From NCBI RefSeq assembly GCF_003945235.1, contig NZ_RSDW01000001.1:4080001-4112000 (forward strand): DNA of 32,000 nucleotides, given 5' to 3'. Source of the DNA: Edaphobacter aggregans (GTDB lineage: Bacteria; Acidobacteriota; Terriglobia; Terriglobales; Acidobacteriaceae). Position numbers and translations under genes: made by a program. The notes below the pieces were generated by a model, which was given only the letters and a program-made list of their open reading frames with translations, did no database searches and was not told the origin of the DNA. Shown one piece after another: positions 8,591 to 18,393 of the stretch (positions are counted from its first letter, which is position 1; the number at the start of each line of letters is the position of its first letter).

Positions 8591-9742
8591 GTGAGCCTTA
8601 AAGCAAAGATCGAAGCCGTCATCTACGCCTCAGAAGAACCAGTAACCCTCGCCCAGCTGATCGGGCTCCTCGGCCACGAGGCTCAGGCCGAACTGGACCA
8701 TATCGACGCCTCCCAGCAGTCTCTCTCGCTCGCCGAGGCCGACGCCGAGTCCACGCCCGAAGACGCCGCAGCCGCCGAAGCCGAGCACGCCGCCGCACTT
8801 GACCGCGCACTGCACATCGCCGCCGCCGAAGAGGCCGCCCAGATGAGGGCTGCTCACCAGCACGCGATCGCCGACGCCGCGGCGATGCGAACCAGCGACA
8901 CCCTCGACGAACCCATGGCCGAGCCAACAGTCACCCCTGCCGTTGCCGCCGAACCCGAGCAGGGAAGCGAAGCCACCCCCGAAGAAGCAATAGCCAAAAA
9001 AGCCGCCCGCGAGGCCAAAGAGGACAAGGAGCGCGCCCGCCGTCTCCGCGAATACTTCCGTTCCATCCTCGATCAGCTTATCGCCGACTACGCCAATGGC
9101 GACCGAGGCCTCGAAATCCGCGAAGTTGCCAGCGGCTACCGTCTTGCCACCAAACCGGAGTACCACGACGCCGTCCGCGGTTTCGTCAAATCCCTGAAAC
9201 CACCGCTGAAGCTCTCCCTCCAGGCCCTCGAGACCCTCGCCGTCGTCGCCTATAAGCAGCCCGTCACCGCCCCTGAGGTCTCCGAGATCCGTGGCGTCGA
9301 TTCTGGCGGCGTCCTCGGCTCGCTAATGACCCGCAAGCTCGTCACCACAGCTGGCCGCAAGCAGGTTATCGGCCGCCCCATCCTCTACAAGACCACCAAG
9401 GACTTCCTCCTCCGCTTCGGCCTCAAAGACATCAACGAGCTTCCCAGCATCGAAGAGTTTGAGAAGATGGCCGGCGAACTCGCCGAGCAGGAGGAAATCC
9501 CGATGGAGCATGAGGCGCCCAAACCGTCGCCCGACAGCCTCACCGAGGCCAATGTGGAAGAAGAAAGAGACGCTGTAGAACCTCAGGCCGACGGAGACAG
9601 TTCAGAAGACGTCGTTCCCGGCACACTCCCGGTAGACGGCCGCGTCTCCGGCCCGCCACCGGTCTATGATGAATCCGCCACACATGATGTCGAATCTCCC
9701 GAAGTCCAATCCGAGGTCCGGAGAGAATCCGAGGAGGGCTGA
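8591..9742 (+). CDS. scpB: segregation and condensation protein B (ScpB) with a large internal low-complexity insertion and an acidic C-terminal tail
   Basis: GTG start. The N-terminus KIEAVIYASEEPVTLAQLIGLL and the core GLEIREVASGYRLATKPEYHDAV ... LSLQALETLAVVAYKQPVTAPEVSEIRGVDSGGVLGSLMTRKLV ... GRPILYKTTKDFLLRFGL are canonical ScpB. Confidence 0.85.
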   Translation: MSLKAKIEAVIYASEEPVTLAQLIGLLGHEAQAELDHIDASQQSLSLAEADAESTPEDAAAAEAEHAAALDRALHIAAAEEAAQMRAAHQHAIADAAAMRTSDTLDEPMAEPTVTPAVAAEPEQGSEATPEEAIAKKAAREAKEDKERARRLREYFRSILDQLIADYANGDRGLEIREVASGYRLATKPEYHDAVRGFVKSLKPPLKLSLQALETLAVVAYKQPVTAPEVSEIRGVDSGGVLGSLMTRKLVTTAGRKQVIGRPILYKTTKDFLLRFGLKDINELPSIEEFEKMAGELAEQEEIPMEHEAPKPSPDSLTEANVEEERDAVEPQADGDSSEDVVPGTLPVDGRVSGPPPVYDESATHDVESPEVQSEVRRESEEG

Positions 9743-9748
9743 CCCTCT

Positions 9749-9940
9749 ATGTCCAATTCAAGGCTCGATCCAAACCTGAGCACTAAGCTCCCGGTCGATC
9801 CCACAGACGAAGGACCCGACACCGTGGCTACGCCTGAGGGCGACAACGAATATCCGGGCGACGTTCCTCTCACCCCATCCATCGTTGAGGACAGCCTCGA
9901 GGGCCTTCAGATACCTCCCGGCAGCAAACCTCGTCCATGA
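9749..9940 (+). CDS. small acidic/proline-rich hypothetical protein (63 aa)
   Basis: GAGGAGGG lies inside the scpB 3' end, 10 nt upstream of the ATG. The stop overlaps the next start (ATGA at 9937-9940). Codon usage is plausible. No family recognised. Confidence 0.35.
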   Translation: MSNSRLDPNLSTKLPVDPTDEGPDTVATPEGDNEYPGDVPLTPSIVEDSLEGLQIPPGSKPRP

Positions 9941-10524
9941 CCCCTCAGACCTCCAACCCTGACCTCTACACTCACGTCAGGGTTGTCATCTCCATCATCG
10001 TTGGTCTTTGCATCACCACTCTTCTCGGCGGATTCGCCCGTTTCGTCCAGCACCCCCGTCGCGAGCGAGTCTCCATCCTCCATCTCGGCTGGGCATCATC
10101 TCTCCTGCTCTGGATTATCCATTTCTGGTGGTGGGAGTTTCGCCTGTCGATGGTCCAGCAGTGGACCTTCGCCAACTACTTCTTCGTCATCCTCTACGCC
10201 ATCCTCTTCTTCTTCCTCTGCACACTGCTCTTCCCCTCAGACCTCAAGGACTACGCCGGCTACGAGGACTACTTTCTCTCCCGCCGCAAGTGGTTCTTTG
10301 GCTTCCTCGCCGCAACCTTCCTCGCCGATGTCATCGACACAAGCCTCAAAGGCTCGGCCTACCTCCACTCCTTCGGGGTCGAGTACCCTATCCGCATCGT
10401 TGCCAACTTGGTCATCTGCGTTATTGCGATGTTCACCAGCAATCGCCGAATCCAGCTCACCCTCCTGGCCGTGTCTTTCCTCTATCACCTGGCCCTGATC
10501 GCTCTGCTGTACAGCACGCAATAA
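9937..10524 (+). CDS. hypothetical integral membrane protein (~5 TM segments)
   Basis: Hydrophobic segments (VVISIIVGLCITTLLGGF, LGWASSLLLWIIHFWWW, FFVILYAILFFFLCTLLF, FGFLAATFLADVI, VANLVICVIAMF, LTLLAVSFLYHLALIALLY) and C-ending codon usage like its neighbours. Confidence 0.6.
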   Translation: MTPQTSNPDLYTHVRVVISIIVGLCITTLLGGFARFVQHPRRERVSILHLGWASSLLLWIIHFWWWEFRLSMVQQWTFANYFFVILYAILFFFLCTLLFPSDLKDYAGYEDYFLSRRKWFFGFLAATFLADVIDTSLKGSAYLHSFGVEYPIRIVANLVICVIAMFTSNRRIQLTLLAVSFLYHLALIALLYSTQ

Positions 10525-10667
10525 CGTGGTGAACGCAGCTAGAAGCAAAACAGGCGATAATAGACCCAAGGCTCCAGATTCGATACGAAGCCACCTCGGC
10601 CCAAAGCTTGAGACCAGATCCACCCAGACCGCGATGAGCAACCCCGCAGTCAGAAAGCTAGAACCAA

Positions 10668-11612
10668 ATGACGAAACCTCTCTCCTCCCCTAAGCCAGAA
10701 GCCAGCGAAGAACCCAAAGGCGACCGCCTCCAAAAAATTCTCGCCCAGGCCGGCATCGCCAGCCGCCGCAAAGCCGAGGAGATCATCCTAGCCGGCCGCG
10801 TCCAGGTCAACGGTGTCGTCATCAAAGAGCTCGGCACCCGCCACGACTTCACCAAAGACCACATCCGCGTCGACGGAAAACTTCTCCACGGCCCCGAACA
10901 GCAGCGCTACTACATGCTCAACAAGCCCCGCGGCTACGTCACCACCCTCGACGACCCCGAAAAGCGCCCAACCGTCATGCAACTCATGACCAAGCAGAAG
11001 GGCCCGCACGGAGACCATGTCCGCCTCTACCCCGTAGGTCGTCTCGACTACCTCAGCGAAGGTCTCCTTCTGATGACCAACGACGGCGACTTGGCCAATA
11101 AGCTCTCCAAGGCAGCAGCAGGCGTCGAAAAGACCTATCTGGTCAAGGTCAGCGGCGTCCCCGAGTCAGAAAAAATCGATCAGCTCCGTCGCGGCATCAT
11201 GATCGACCGTGGTCGCCTCAACGAGGTCCGCAGCGGCCGTCGCGACCGCGTCATCACCTCCCCCGCAAAGATCGAGTTGGTCCGTGGCGGCGATAACCCC
11301 TGGTACGAGCTAACCCTCACCGAAGGTCGCAACCGCCAGCTCCGCAAGATGTTTGAAGAGATTGGCCATCACGTCGAGAAGATCCGCCGTATAGGTTACG
11401 GAGCTCTCCGCCTCGACGTTCCTCCTGGCGAGTACCGCGAACTCACCCCCGGCGAGGTCACGGCACTGGGTCGCGCCGCCAAGGGCCAAAAAGTCGTCCC
11501 CAAAAAGAAGACCCCCGAATTCGCCCAGCTCAAGTCTCCCGCAAAGAAAAAGCCCAGCCTGCCACGTCGTACCTTCGCTGCCAAATCAAGCCCTCGCCGT
11601 CGCCCCAGCTAA
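10668..11612 (+). CDS. rluB: 23S rRNA pseudouridine synthase, RluB/RsuA family, with a basic C-terminal tail
   Basis: S4 domain RLQKILAQAGIASRRKAEEIILAGRVQVNG, catalytic-Asp motif GRLDYLSEGLLLMTNDGDL, KTYLVKVSG, and a Lys/Arg-rich tail. Confidence 0.9.
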   Translation: MTKPLSSPKPEASEEPKGDRLQKILAQAGIASRRKAEEIILAGRVQVNGVVIKELGTRHDFTKDHIRVDGKLLHGPEQQRYYMLNKPRGYVTTLDDPEKRPTVMQLMTKQKGPHGDHVRLYPVGRLDYLSEGLLLMTNDGDLANKLSKAAAGVEKTYLVKVSGVPESEKIDQLRRGIMIDRGRLNEVRSGRRDRVITSPAKIELVRGGDNPWYELTLTEGRNRQLRKMFEEIGHHVEKIRRIGYGALRLDVPPGEYRELTPGEVTALGRAAKGQKVVPKKKTPEFAQLKSPAKKKPSLPRRTFAAKSSPRRRPS

Positions 11613-11923
11613 GGTTCGAGGCAGTCGTGCGACGGTGGCCAGTATTTTGTGAAGGCCCTGGGAACCAACTTGTATACCCACAAAACCTCTCATTTCTGAC
11701 CAATTTTGCCCTACTGTTACGACTCTTTTACACTCCCCTAAAAGTTCTCCACAACACCATTGACATATCTCGATCCGCACGCTCAAAATACTCCCGCTAT
11801 TCATCTTTCGGGGGATGACAAACCTACCTTTGAGAGCATCAAATAGCATGTGCCGAAGACCTCGGTGCAGTACCTGTAGTCAACCAGCAGTTTGGTGCAG
11901 TTGGCAGCAAAGGAGCAACAAGA

Positions 11924-12400
11924 GTGGCAATCGAAAAAGCAACGTTTGGAGCAGGATGTTTTTGGGGAATTGAAGCACGATTCGACGAAATCACCGGAGT
12001 CATCGACACAGCCGTAGGATACGAAGGCGGCGATCTCGAACACCCAACCTATAAGGAAGTCTGTACCGACCGCACTGGCCACGCGGAAGTCGTTCAAGTC
12101 ACCTTCGACAACTCTCGAATCTCATACGAAGCGCTTCTCGACGCGTTCTTCGCCATGCACGATCCAACCCAGGTGAACCGTCAGGGGCCGGACTTCGGTA
12201 CTCAATATCGCAGCGTCATCTTCACCCAAAACGATCAGCAGTTCTTCCAGGCCCGCGCCAAGGTCGCCGAGCTAAACGCATCCGGTACCTACCGCCTGCC
12301 CCTCGCGACCAAAATAGAGCCCTCCAAAACATTCTGGAAGGCCGAGGAGTACCACCAGCGTTACCTCGAGAAACGCGGCATGGTCCACTGTCACATCTAA
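11924..12400 (+). CDS. msrA: peptide-methionine (S)-S-oxide reductase
   Basis: GTG start with AAGGAG 9 nt upstream. Catalytic GCFWG motif (ATFGAGCFWGIEARF), plus GHAEVVQVTFD and YHQRYL. Confidence 0.92.
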   Translation: MAIEKATFGAGCFWGIEARFDEITGVIDTAVGYEGGDLEHPTYKEVCTDRTGHAEVVQVTFDNSRISYEALLDAFFAMHDPTQVNRQGPDFGTQYRSVIFTQNDQQFFQARAKVAELNASGTYRLPLATKIEPSKTFWKAEEYHQRYLEKRGMVHCHI

Positions 12401-12427
12401 ACACCTAACTATTTCCAGCATCCGGAG

Positions 12428-12468
12428 CCCCATGCCTAACACAACGCTTCATCGCGTTAGGCATAGGG
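12428..12468. terminator. hairpin between convergent msrA and the DUF4239-like gene (possible bidirectional terminator)
   Basis: CCCCATGCCTAAC (12428-12440) pairs with GTTAGGCAT(A)GGG (12456-12468). That gives 12 bp with one bulged base on each arm and a 15-nt loop. The flanking T-tract is weak. Confidence 0.45.
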
Positions 12469-12482
12469 CTTCTGACTTATAT

Positions 12483-13238
12483 CTAGCGACCGATTTGCTC
12501 CAGGACGCTCCGCATTGGAGTTGCAGACATCCTGAACAGTCCCTCGAACGGATCATACATCTCCACGATGATGAAAACCGCAGCCGAAACTGCAAGGGAA
12601 CACACGATGAGAGTGCCCGTCAAAGTCGCATTACGTTGAGCCAACAAGCCGAAGCTGATGAAGATAACCGTTAGCCACGAGACCAGGATCGTCAGCAAAG
12701 GAGTCGAGAAAGCATTGCCCGACGATTCAACGAACATCAGCCAGCGAGTCTCATAGATTGCCCGCATCAATCCCAACGCCTCGGCTCTGTTTGTGCGTTG
12801 CTGTTCGTTTTTCGGTGGTAGCGCCTGTAGCTCGCCGTAAACATTTGCAAAGGTATGATCCGGTTTCAGATCAGTTCGCAGCGACCGGTCTTCAGGCCAG
12901 ATGCGATTTGCCGCAATTGCGACCACATCGTGCAGGTTGGATCGTATCTCTCGCGTCTCTGGACCGTATTCGGAGAGAATACGGTCCGTCAGAATTAGCT
13001 TGGCGGATAGGTCTTGGATCTCTCGGTGCTGTGTGTTGTAGAAGGTCAGTGAGGAGGAGACAAGCATGCCAAGAACTAGCCCTGTCATTGTCACAACCAA
13101 CCCCGTCGCCAGCTTCACCACATCCGTTGTACCGGGTTGGAGATGTTCCTTCGGCAGGATGCTGTGAAGAAACATACCAAATAGGGCTCCTCCAAAGGTG
13201 CATCCAAACACGACAAGACTGATCAGTACAGAATGCAT
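12483..13238 (-). CDS. DUF4239-like (bestrophin-like) membrane protein
   Basis: TM segments at both ends flank a soluble middle (REIQDLSAKLILTDRILSEYGPETREIRSNLHDVVAIAANRIWPED), matching the DUF4239 layout as I recall it. ATG at 13238 is preceded by GGGAGGA. The longer ORF start at 13298 is possible. Confidence 0.6.
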   Translation of the reverse strand: MHSVLISLVVFGCTFGGALFGMFLHSILPKEHLQPGTTDVVKLATGLVVTMTGLVLGMLVSSSLTFYNTQHREIQDLSAKLILTDRILSEYGPETREIRSNLHDVVAIAANRIWPEDRSLRTDLKPDHTFANVYGELQALPPKNEQQRTNRAEALGLMRAIYETRWLMFVESSGNAFSTPLLTILVSWLTVIFISFGLLAQRNATLTGTLIVCSLAVSAAVFIIVEMYDPFEGLFRMSATPMRSVLEQIGR

Positions 13239-13680
13239 TAGTCCTCCCAGTAAGTTGCCGGCTTCGATACGGGGGCCCTTCTGCGTTGTCTCTGACAATA
13301 TACGTCGATGCGATAGATGAAAGAGGCTGTATTCGTACTATTGCCCTGCTGGAGATGGAACTCGAGAGAAAGGGTGAGTCATTCTGTGTTATAGTGGTAT
13401 TGCACCCTGGAATAAAGGCGTGCAGGCATCGCAGGCAAAGACTCCTAGTGGACTTCGGATTCTGGCCAGAGACTGCGATTCGCCTCTCCCCACCGCTTAT
13501 CTTCCTTATGAACTCCGGAAGCCGCGCTGGTTGCTCTGGCTGGAAGACACGTCATCGGACGAGTCTCGCCGTGCAGCAGCAGCGCTCCGAGTTACCTCGA
13601 TAGCAATGCTGATCAATGAACTCCATGGTGCCTAGGCGCCCCTGCGTTACTACGCCGCTTCACTAACCAAAGGAAACCTC

Positions 13681-15165
13681 TTGACGACAGCAATTCTCGA
13701 GCAGCCGGAAACATTCCAGGCTGCCCCTATCGCCTCAAACAACATCCCCTCCAACAACGAAGCCGTTTTCACCAACTTCGACATCTCCGACTCGCTGAAG
13801 AATCGCCTGACCAATGCCGGCTTCATCAAGCCGACTCCCGTCCAAGCCGGAGCAATCCCGCCCGCGCTCGACGGCAAAGATATTCTCGCCACCGCCTCTA
13901 CCGGCACCGGCAAGACCCTCAGCTTCCTCATCCCCATCATCGAGCGCCTCGAAGCGACATCGGTACCCAGCACCCGCGGCAAGCGCAACCCCATCCGCGC
14001 CCTCATCCTCCTGCCCACGCGCGAACTCGCCATGCAGGTACTCGAGGCTCACGCCAAGCTCGTCCCCAACGCCCGTCACGACGCTGTTCTGGTCTGCGGA
14101 GGCCTCTCTGAGCGTGCTCAACTCGACAATCTCGACCGTGGCCCGCGCCTCGTCGTCGCCACTCCAGGCCGTCTCGAAGACTTCCTCCGCCGCCGCGAGG
14201 TCAACATCGGCGCCGTCGACATGTTCGTCCTCGACGAGGTCGATCGCATGCTCGACATGGGCTTCCTACCCGCCATTCGCCGCATCGTCGGAGCGATCCC
14301 CAAGACGCGCCAGACTATGTGCTACTCGGCCACCCTCGACGCCAACATCCGCGAGATCGTCCGCGACTACGTCAAGGACCCCGTCCGCATCGAGATCGGC
14401 ACCACTTCCAAACCCTCTGACCGTGTAGAACTCCGCGTCTACACCGTCATGCAGGACCAGAAGCTCGGCCTGCTCGACCAGATGCTGCGCGAGGAGCAGG
14501 GAACTTTCCTGGTCTTCTCCCGTACCAAGCACGGAGCCGACCGCATCTCGAAGAAGCTCGAAAAGCTAGGCCACGACGCCGACGTCATCCACGGCGACCG
14601 TAGCCAGTCGCAGCGCACAGCCGCTCTCAAGGGTTTTGCGAACGGCAAGCATCGCGTCCTCGTCGCAACAGACGTAGCCGCTCGCGGTATCGACGTCCAG
14701 GACATCGCCCACGTCGTCAACTACGACCTGCCCAATGCCAGCGAGGACTTCGTCCACCGCATCGGCCGCACAGGCCGTGCAGGCGCCAAGGGAGTAGCCA
14801 CCACCTTCGTCATGCCGCAGGAAAAATACGACGCCCGCAAGCTCGAGCGCGAACTCAAAATCAAGTTCGAGTGGCGCGAGGCCGATAAGAACCTTGAGAA
14901 AGAGGAGCGCAACAAGCCCGTCGATCTCAAAACCTCCGGCATCAACGATCTGATGGCACTCGAGAGCCGTTCCTGGCGCGGTGAGTCTGCCTCCCAGACA
15001 TCCGAAGCCCCAGCCAGCCCGAACCGGGGCAACAACGGCTTCCGCGCTCGCCGCAGTGGCAACGGCGGCGGAAACTTCTCCGGCAACCGCAGCAGCTTCG
15101 GCCGTTCCAGCGGCCCCCGCGGCAACTCCGGCTCACGCCCGACCCGCGGCAACCGCGGCCGCTAA
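13681..15165 (+). CDS. DEAD-box ATP-dependent RNA helicase (RhlE-like) with an RG/RGG-rich C-terminal tail
   Basis: Q motif PTPVQ, motif I ASTGTGKT, Ia PTRELA, II VLDEVDRMLDMGF, III SAT, VI HRIGRTGRAG. TTG start; there is no in-frame ATG until well inside the helicase core. Confidence 0.9.
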   Translation: MTTAILEQPETFQAAPIASNNIPSNNEAVFTNFDISDSLKNRLTNAGFIKPTPVQAGAIPPALDGKDILATASTGTGKTLSFLIPIIERLEATSVPSTRGKRNPIRALILLPTRELAMQVLEAHAKLVPNARHDAVLVCGGLSERAQLDNLDRGPRLVVATPGRLEDFLRRREVNIGAVDMFVLDEVDRMLDMGFLPAIRRIVGAIPKTRQTMCYSATLDANIREIVRDYVKDPVRIEIGTTSKPSDRVELRVYTVMQDQKLGLLDQMLREEQGTFLVFSRTKHGADRISKKLEKLGHDADVIHGDRSQSQRTAALKGFANGKHRVLVATDVAARGIDVQDIAHVVNYDLPNASEDFVHRIGRTGRAGAKGVATTFVMPQEKYDARKLERELKIKFEWREADKNLEKEERNKPVDLKTSGINDLMALESRSWRGESASQTSEAPASPNRGNNGFRARRSGNGGGNFSGNRSSFGRSSGPRGNSGSRPTRGNRGR

Positions 15166-15321
15166 CCCAGAACCGCACCAGACCAGACGCGCTCCGCCTG
15201 CCAGCCAACCAGCAGCAGTGCGGAGCAGTCGTTTGTAGTCCTCGGGTTATCGCAGCCTCTTCGAATATCCGAGCTATTCACCGCGTCATAACGCGAAGCC
15301 TTATAAAATAAGGAAAAACAT

Positions 15322-16959
15322 ATGATCTCAGTCTCCAACGTCACCATGCGCTACGGCTCGAAGCTGCTCTTCGAGGATGTCTCCGTCACCTTCACCTCCG
15401 GCCGCCGGTACGGCCTCACCGGCCCCAACGGCGCCGGCAAATCCACCTTCATGAAGGTCCTCACCGGCGAGATCGACGCCCAGAAGGGAACCGTCGTTCG
15501 TCCCAAAAAGATCGGCGTTCTCTCGCAGGACCAGTACGCCTTCGACGCCTACCGAGTCATCGACACCGTCATCATGGGCAACAAAGCCCTCTGGGCGGCA
15601 CTCGAAGAGCGCGAACACATCTACGAGAAGCCTGAGCTCACCGATGAAGACGGCTCCCGTCTCGGCGAACTCGAAGGTATCGTCGGTGACGAGGACGGCT
15701 ACGAAGCCGAATCCAACGCCGCCGTTCTCCTTCAGGGTCTCGACATCCCCGACGAGCTCCACGAGCGCAAGATGTCCGAACTCCAGGGCGGCCAGAAGGT
15801 ACGCGTCCTTCTCGCACAGGCCCTCTTCGGCAACCCCCAGGCCCTGCTCCTTGACGAGCCCACCAACTACCTCGACCTAGAGTCCATTCACTGGCTCCAG
15901 GATTTTCTCAATCGCTACAACGGCACCGTCATCACCATCTCGCACGACCGGCACTTCTTGAACAACGTCTGCACCCATATCGCTGACATCGACTACGAGA
16001 CCATCATCACCTACAACGGTGGCTACGACGACATGGTCCTCCAGAAGACCAGCATCCGCACCCGCATCGAGAGCCAGAACGAACAGCGCGAAAAGAAGAT
16101 CGCCCAGCTCAACGACTTCATCGCCCGCTTCTCCGCCGGCACACGCAGCTCGCAGGTAAACTCCCGTAAGAAGGAAGTGGAACGTCTCGCCACCAGTGAG
16201 CTCGCCCGCTCCAATATCGCGCGGCCCTACATCCGCTTCGACATGATCCGCCCTTCCGGCAAGAATGTCCTCGAGTTCGAGAACGTCAACAAGTCCTACA
16301 CCCAGCCCGACGGCAAGACTGAGCACGTCATCAACAACTTCTCCGCCGCCGTTCAGCGCGGAGACAAAGTCGTCCTCATCGGCCGCAACGGCCAGGGCAA
16401 GACCACGCTGCTAAAGGCTCTGCTGGCGAATGGGCCCGGTATCGAAGAGAAGGACGTCTCCATCGACTCAGGCTCAGTAAAGTGGGGCCACGAGGCCCAG
16501 ATCGGATACTTCGCTCAGGACCACAAGGGCTCCATCCAACTTGGCATGACGGCCAGCGACTGGCTGCACCAATTCGACCCTCAGGCGACCAAGGAAGACA
16601 TCCGTGGCATCCTCGGCCAGATGCTCTTCCGTGGCGAAGAGGGCCTCAAGAAGACCGACGCCCTTTCCGGAGGCGAAGCCGCCCGTCTGCTCTTCTGCAA
16701 GATCATGCTGCAGAAGCCCAACGTCCTCGTCCTTGACGAGCCCACCAACCACCTCGACCTCGAGAGCATCAACGCCCTCAATCAGGCCATCCAGAAGTAC
16801 GAAGGCACCGTCTTCCTGGTCACCCACGACCAGGACCTGATCGAAGAAGCCGGCACCCGCATCTGGCACTTCGAAGGCGGCCCCACCGACTTCCGCATCA
16901 CCGATCACAAGGGTCCATACGAAGAGTACCAACAACAACTTGCGTTGGCTGCAAAGTAG
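15322..16959 (+). CDS. ybiT: ABC-F family ATPase (YbiT-like, no transmembrane domain)
   Basis: Two ABC cassettes (GPNGAGKS / LQGGQK / LLLDEPTN and GRNGQGKT / LSGGEAARL / LVLDEPTN) joined by a charged linker. The N-terminal region resembles E. coli YbiT as I recall it (DQYAFDAYRVIDTVIMGNKALW). Confidence 0.88.
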   Translation: MISVSNVTMRYGSKLLFEDVSVTFTSGRRYGLTGPNGAGKSTFMKVLTGEIDAQKGTVVRPKKIGVLSQDQYAFDAYRVIDTVIMGNKALWAALEEREHIYEKPELTDEDGSRLGELEGIVGDEDGYEAESNAAVLLQGLDIPDELHERKMSELQGGQKVRVLLAQALFGNPQALLLDEPTNYLDLESIHWLQDFLNRYNGTVITISHDRHFLNNVCTHIADIDYETIITYNGGYDDMVLQKTSIRTRIESQNEQREKKIAQLNDFIARFSAGTRSSQVNSRKKEVERLATSELARSNIARPYIRFDMIRPSGKNVLEFENVNKSYTQPDGKTEHVINNFSAAVQRGDKVVLIGRNGQGKTTLLKALLANGPGIEEKDVSIDSGSVKWGHEAQIGYFAQDHKGSIQLGMTASDWLHQFDPQATKEDIRGILGQMLFRGEEGLKKTDALSGGEAARLLFCKIMLQKPNVLVLDEPTNHLDLESINALNQAIQKYEGTVFLVTHDQDLIEEAGTRIWHFEGGPTDFRITDHKGPYEEYQQQLALAAK

Positions 16960-16978
16960 TCTTGACTAGCAATTCAAG

Positions 16979-17015
16979 CGGCGCGATTCATCACGAATAG
17001 CGCCGTTTTTCTTTG
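16979..17015 (+). terminator. rho-independent terminator of the ABC-F gene
   Basis: CGGCGCGATTC / GAATAGCGCCG forms an ~11-bp stem with one mismatch and the loop ATCAC, followed by TTTTTCTTTGTT. Confidence 0.7.
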
Positions 17016-17087
17016 TTCGCACGACTCTGTCATCTCGCTTGCTCGTAGCCGCCATGGAATAATAGCCAAAATACGAAGTAAATCAAG

Positions 17088-18365
17088 ATGTCTTTGAGAA
17101 AAGGTCAGGCGATCAATATGGCAGCCACCGTTTTACAGCAAGACACCCCTCACGACACCCACGAAGCACTGGGGCTGACGGCGCACCTCATCCAGCTTGA
17201 GGACCAGTACGGCACGCACAACTACAAGCCCCTCGACGTGGTCGTCGAGCGCGCAGAAGGCGTCTGGGTCTACGACGTCGAAGGCCGCCGCTACCTCGAT
17301 TGCCTCGCGGCCTATTCCGCCGTCAACCAGGGACACTGCCACCCACGCATCCTCTCTGCGATGATCGAGCAGGCTCACAAAGTCACCCTGACCTCCCGAG
17401 CCTTCCGCAACGACCAGCTCCCGCGCTTCCTCGAAGATCTCCACAACCTCACCGGCTACGAGATGGCGCTCCTAATGAACTCCGGCACAGAAGCCGTCGA
17501 GTCCGCCCTCAAAGTAGCTCGCAAATGGGGCTACAAGGTCAAAGGCATCCCCGCCAACCAGGCCGAAATCATTGTCTGCACCAATAACTTCCACGGCCGC
17601 ACCATCTCCATCATCAGCTTCTCTACCGAAGACCAATACCGCGACGGCTTCGGTCCCTTCCTCTCCGGCTTCAAGGTGATCCCATTCGGCGACGCGGCAG
17701 CCCTCCGCACAGCCATCACGCCAAACACCGCCGCCTTCTTAGTCGAGCCCATCCAGGGCGAAGCGGGCGTCCTCATCCCACCCGACGGCTACCTCGCCGA
17801 AGCGTTCGCCATCTGCAAAGGGAACAAAGTCCTCTTCATGGCCGACGAGATCCAGTCTGGCCTAGGCCGCACCGGCAAGCTCTTCGCTTATGAGCACGAA
17901 GGCATCACTCCCGACGTCCTCATCGTGGGCAAAGCTCTCGCCGGCGGCTTCTATCCTGTCTCCGGCGTTCTCACATCACGCGAGGTCCTCGGCGTCATCA
18001 CCCCAGGCGACCACGGCAGCACCTTCGGCGGCAACCCCATGGCCTGCGCCGTAGCCCGAGCCTCCCTTAAAGTCATCGTCGAAGAGCACCTCGCCGACCG
18101 CTCCGCCGAGCTAGGCACTCTCTTCATCAACCGCCTCCGCCAGATCAACAGCCCGCACATCATAGAAATCCGTGGCCGAGGTCTCTGGATCGCCATTGAA
18201 CTGACCACCCCAGCCCGCCCCATCTGCGAAGCCCTCATGCGCGAAGGCATCCTCTGCAAAGAAACACACGACAACATCATCCGCTTCGCCCCTCCCCTCA
18301 TCATCGAGAAGGAAGAACTCCTCTGGGCAGCCGACCGCATCGAGGAAGTCCTCAAAGCCGTCTAG
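17088..18365 (+). CDS. rocD: ornithine--oxo-acid aminotransferase
   Basis: Class-III aminotransferase with OAT-typical blocks [57 protein letters not shown] and HGSTFGGNP. The alternative start ATG 17118 is equally plausible. Confidence 0.9.
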   Translation: MSLRKGQAINMAATVLQQDTPHDTHEALGLTAHLIQLEDQYGTHNYKPLDVVVERAEGVWVYDVEGRRYLDCLAAYSAVNQGHCHPRILSAMIEQAHKVTLTSRAFRNDQLPRFLEDLHNLTGYEMALLMNSGTEAVESALKVARKWGYKVKGIPANQAEIIVCTNNFHGRTISIISFSTEDQYRDGFGPFLSGFKVIPFGDAAALRTAITPNTAAFLVEPIQGEAGVLIPPDGYLAEAFAICKGNKVLFMADEIQSGLGRTGKLFAYEHEGITPDVLIVGKALAGGFYPVSGVLTSREVLGVITPGDHGSTFGGNPMACAVARASLKVIVEEHLADRSAELGTLFINRLRQINSPHIIEIRGRGLWIAIELTTPARPICEALMREGILCKETHDNIIRFAPPLIIEKEELLWAADRIEEVLKAV

Positions 18366-18393
18366 CCGATAACTAGCCATCCGTCATCGAGAC

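Noticed and set aside
13286-13635. ORFs 13286-13603 and 13420-13635 in the helicase upstream region
   Set aside because: Their codon usage is unlike neighbouring genes, they have no motifs and they overlap each other. The region is treated as non-coding leader or promoter.
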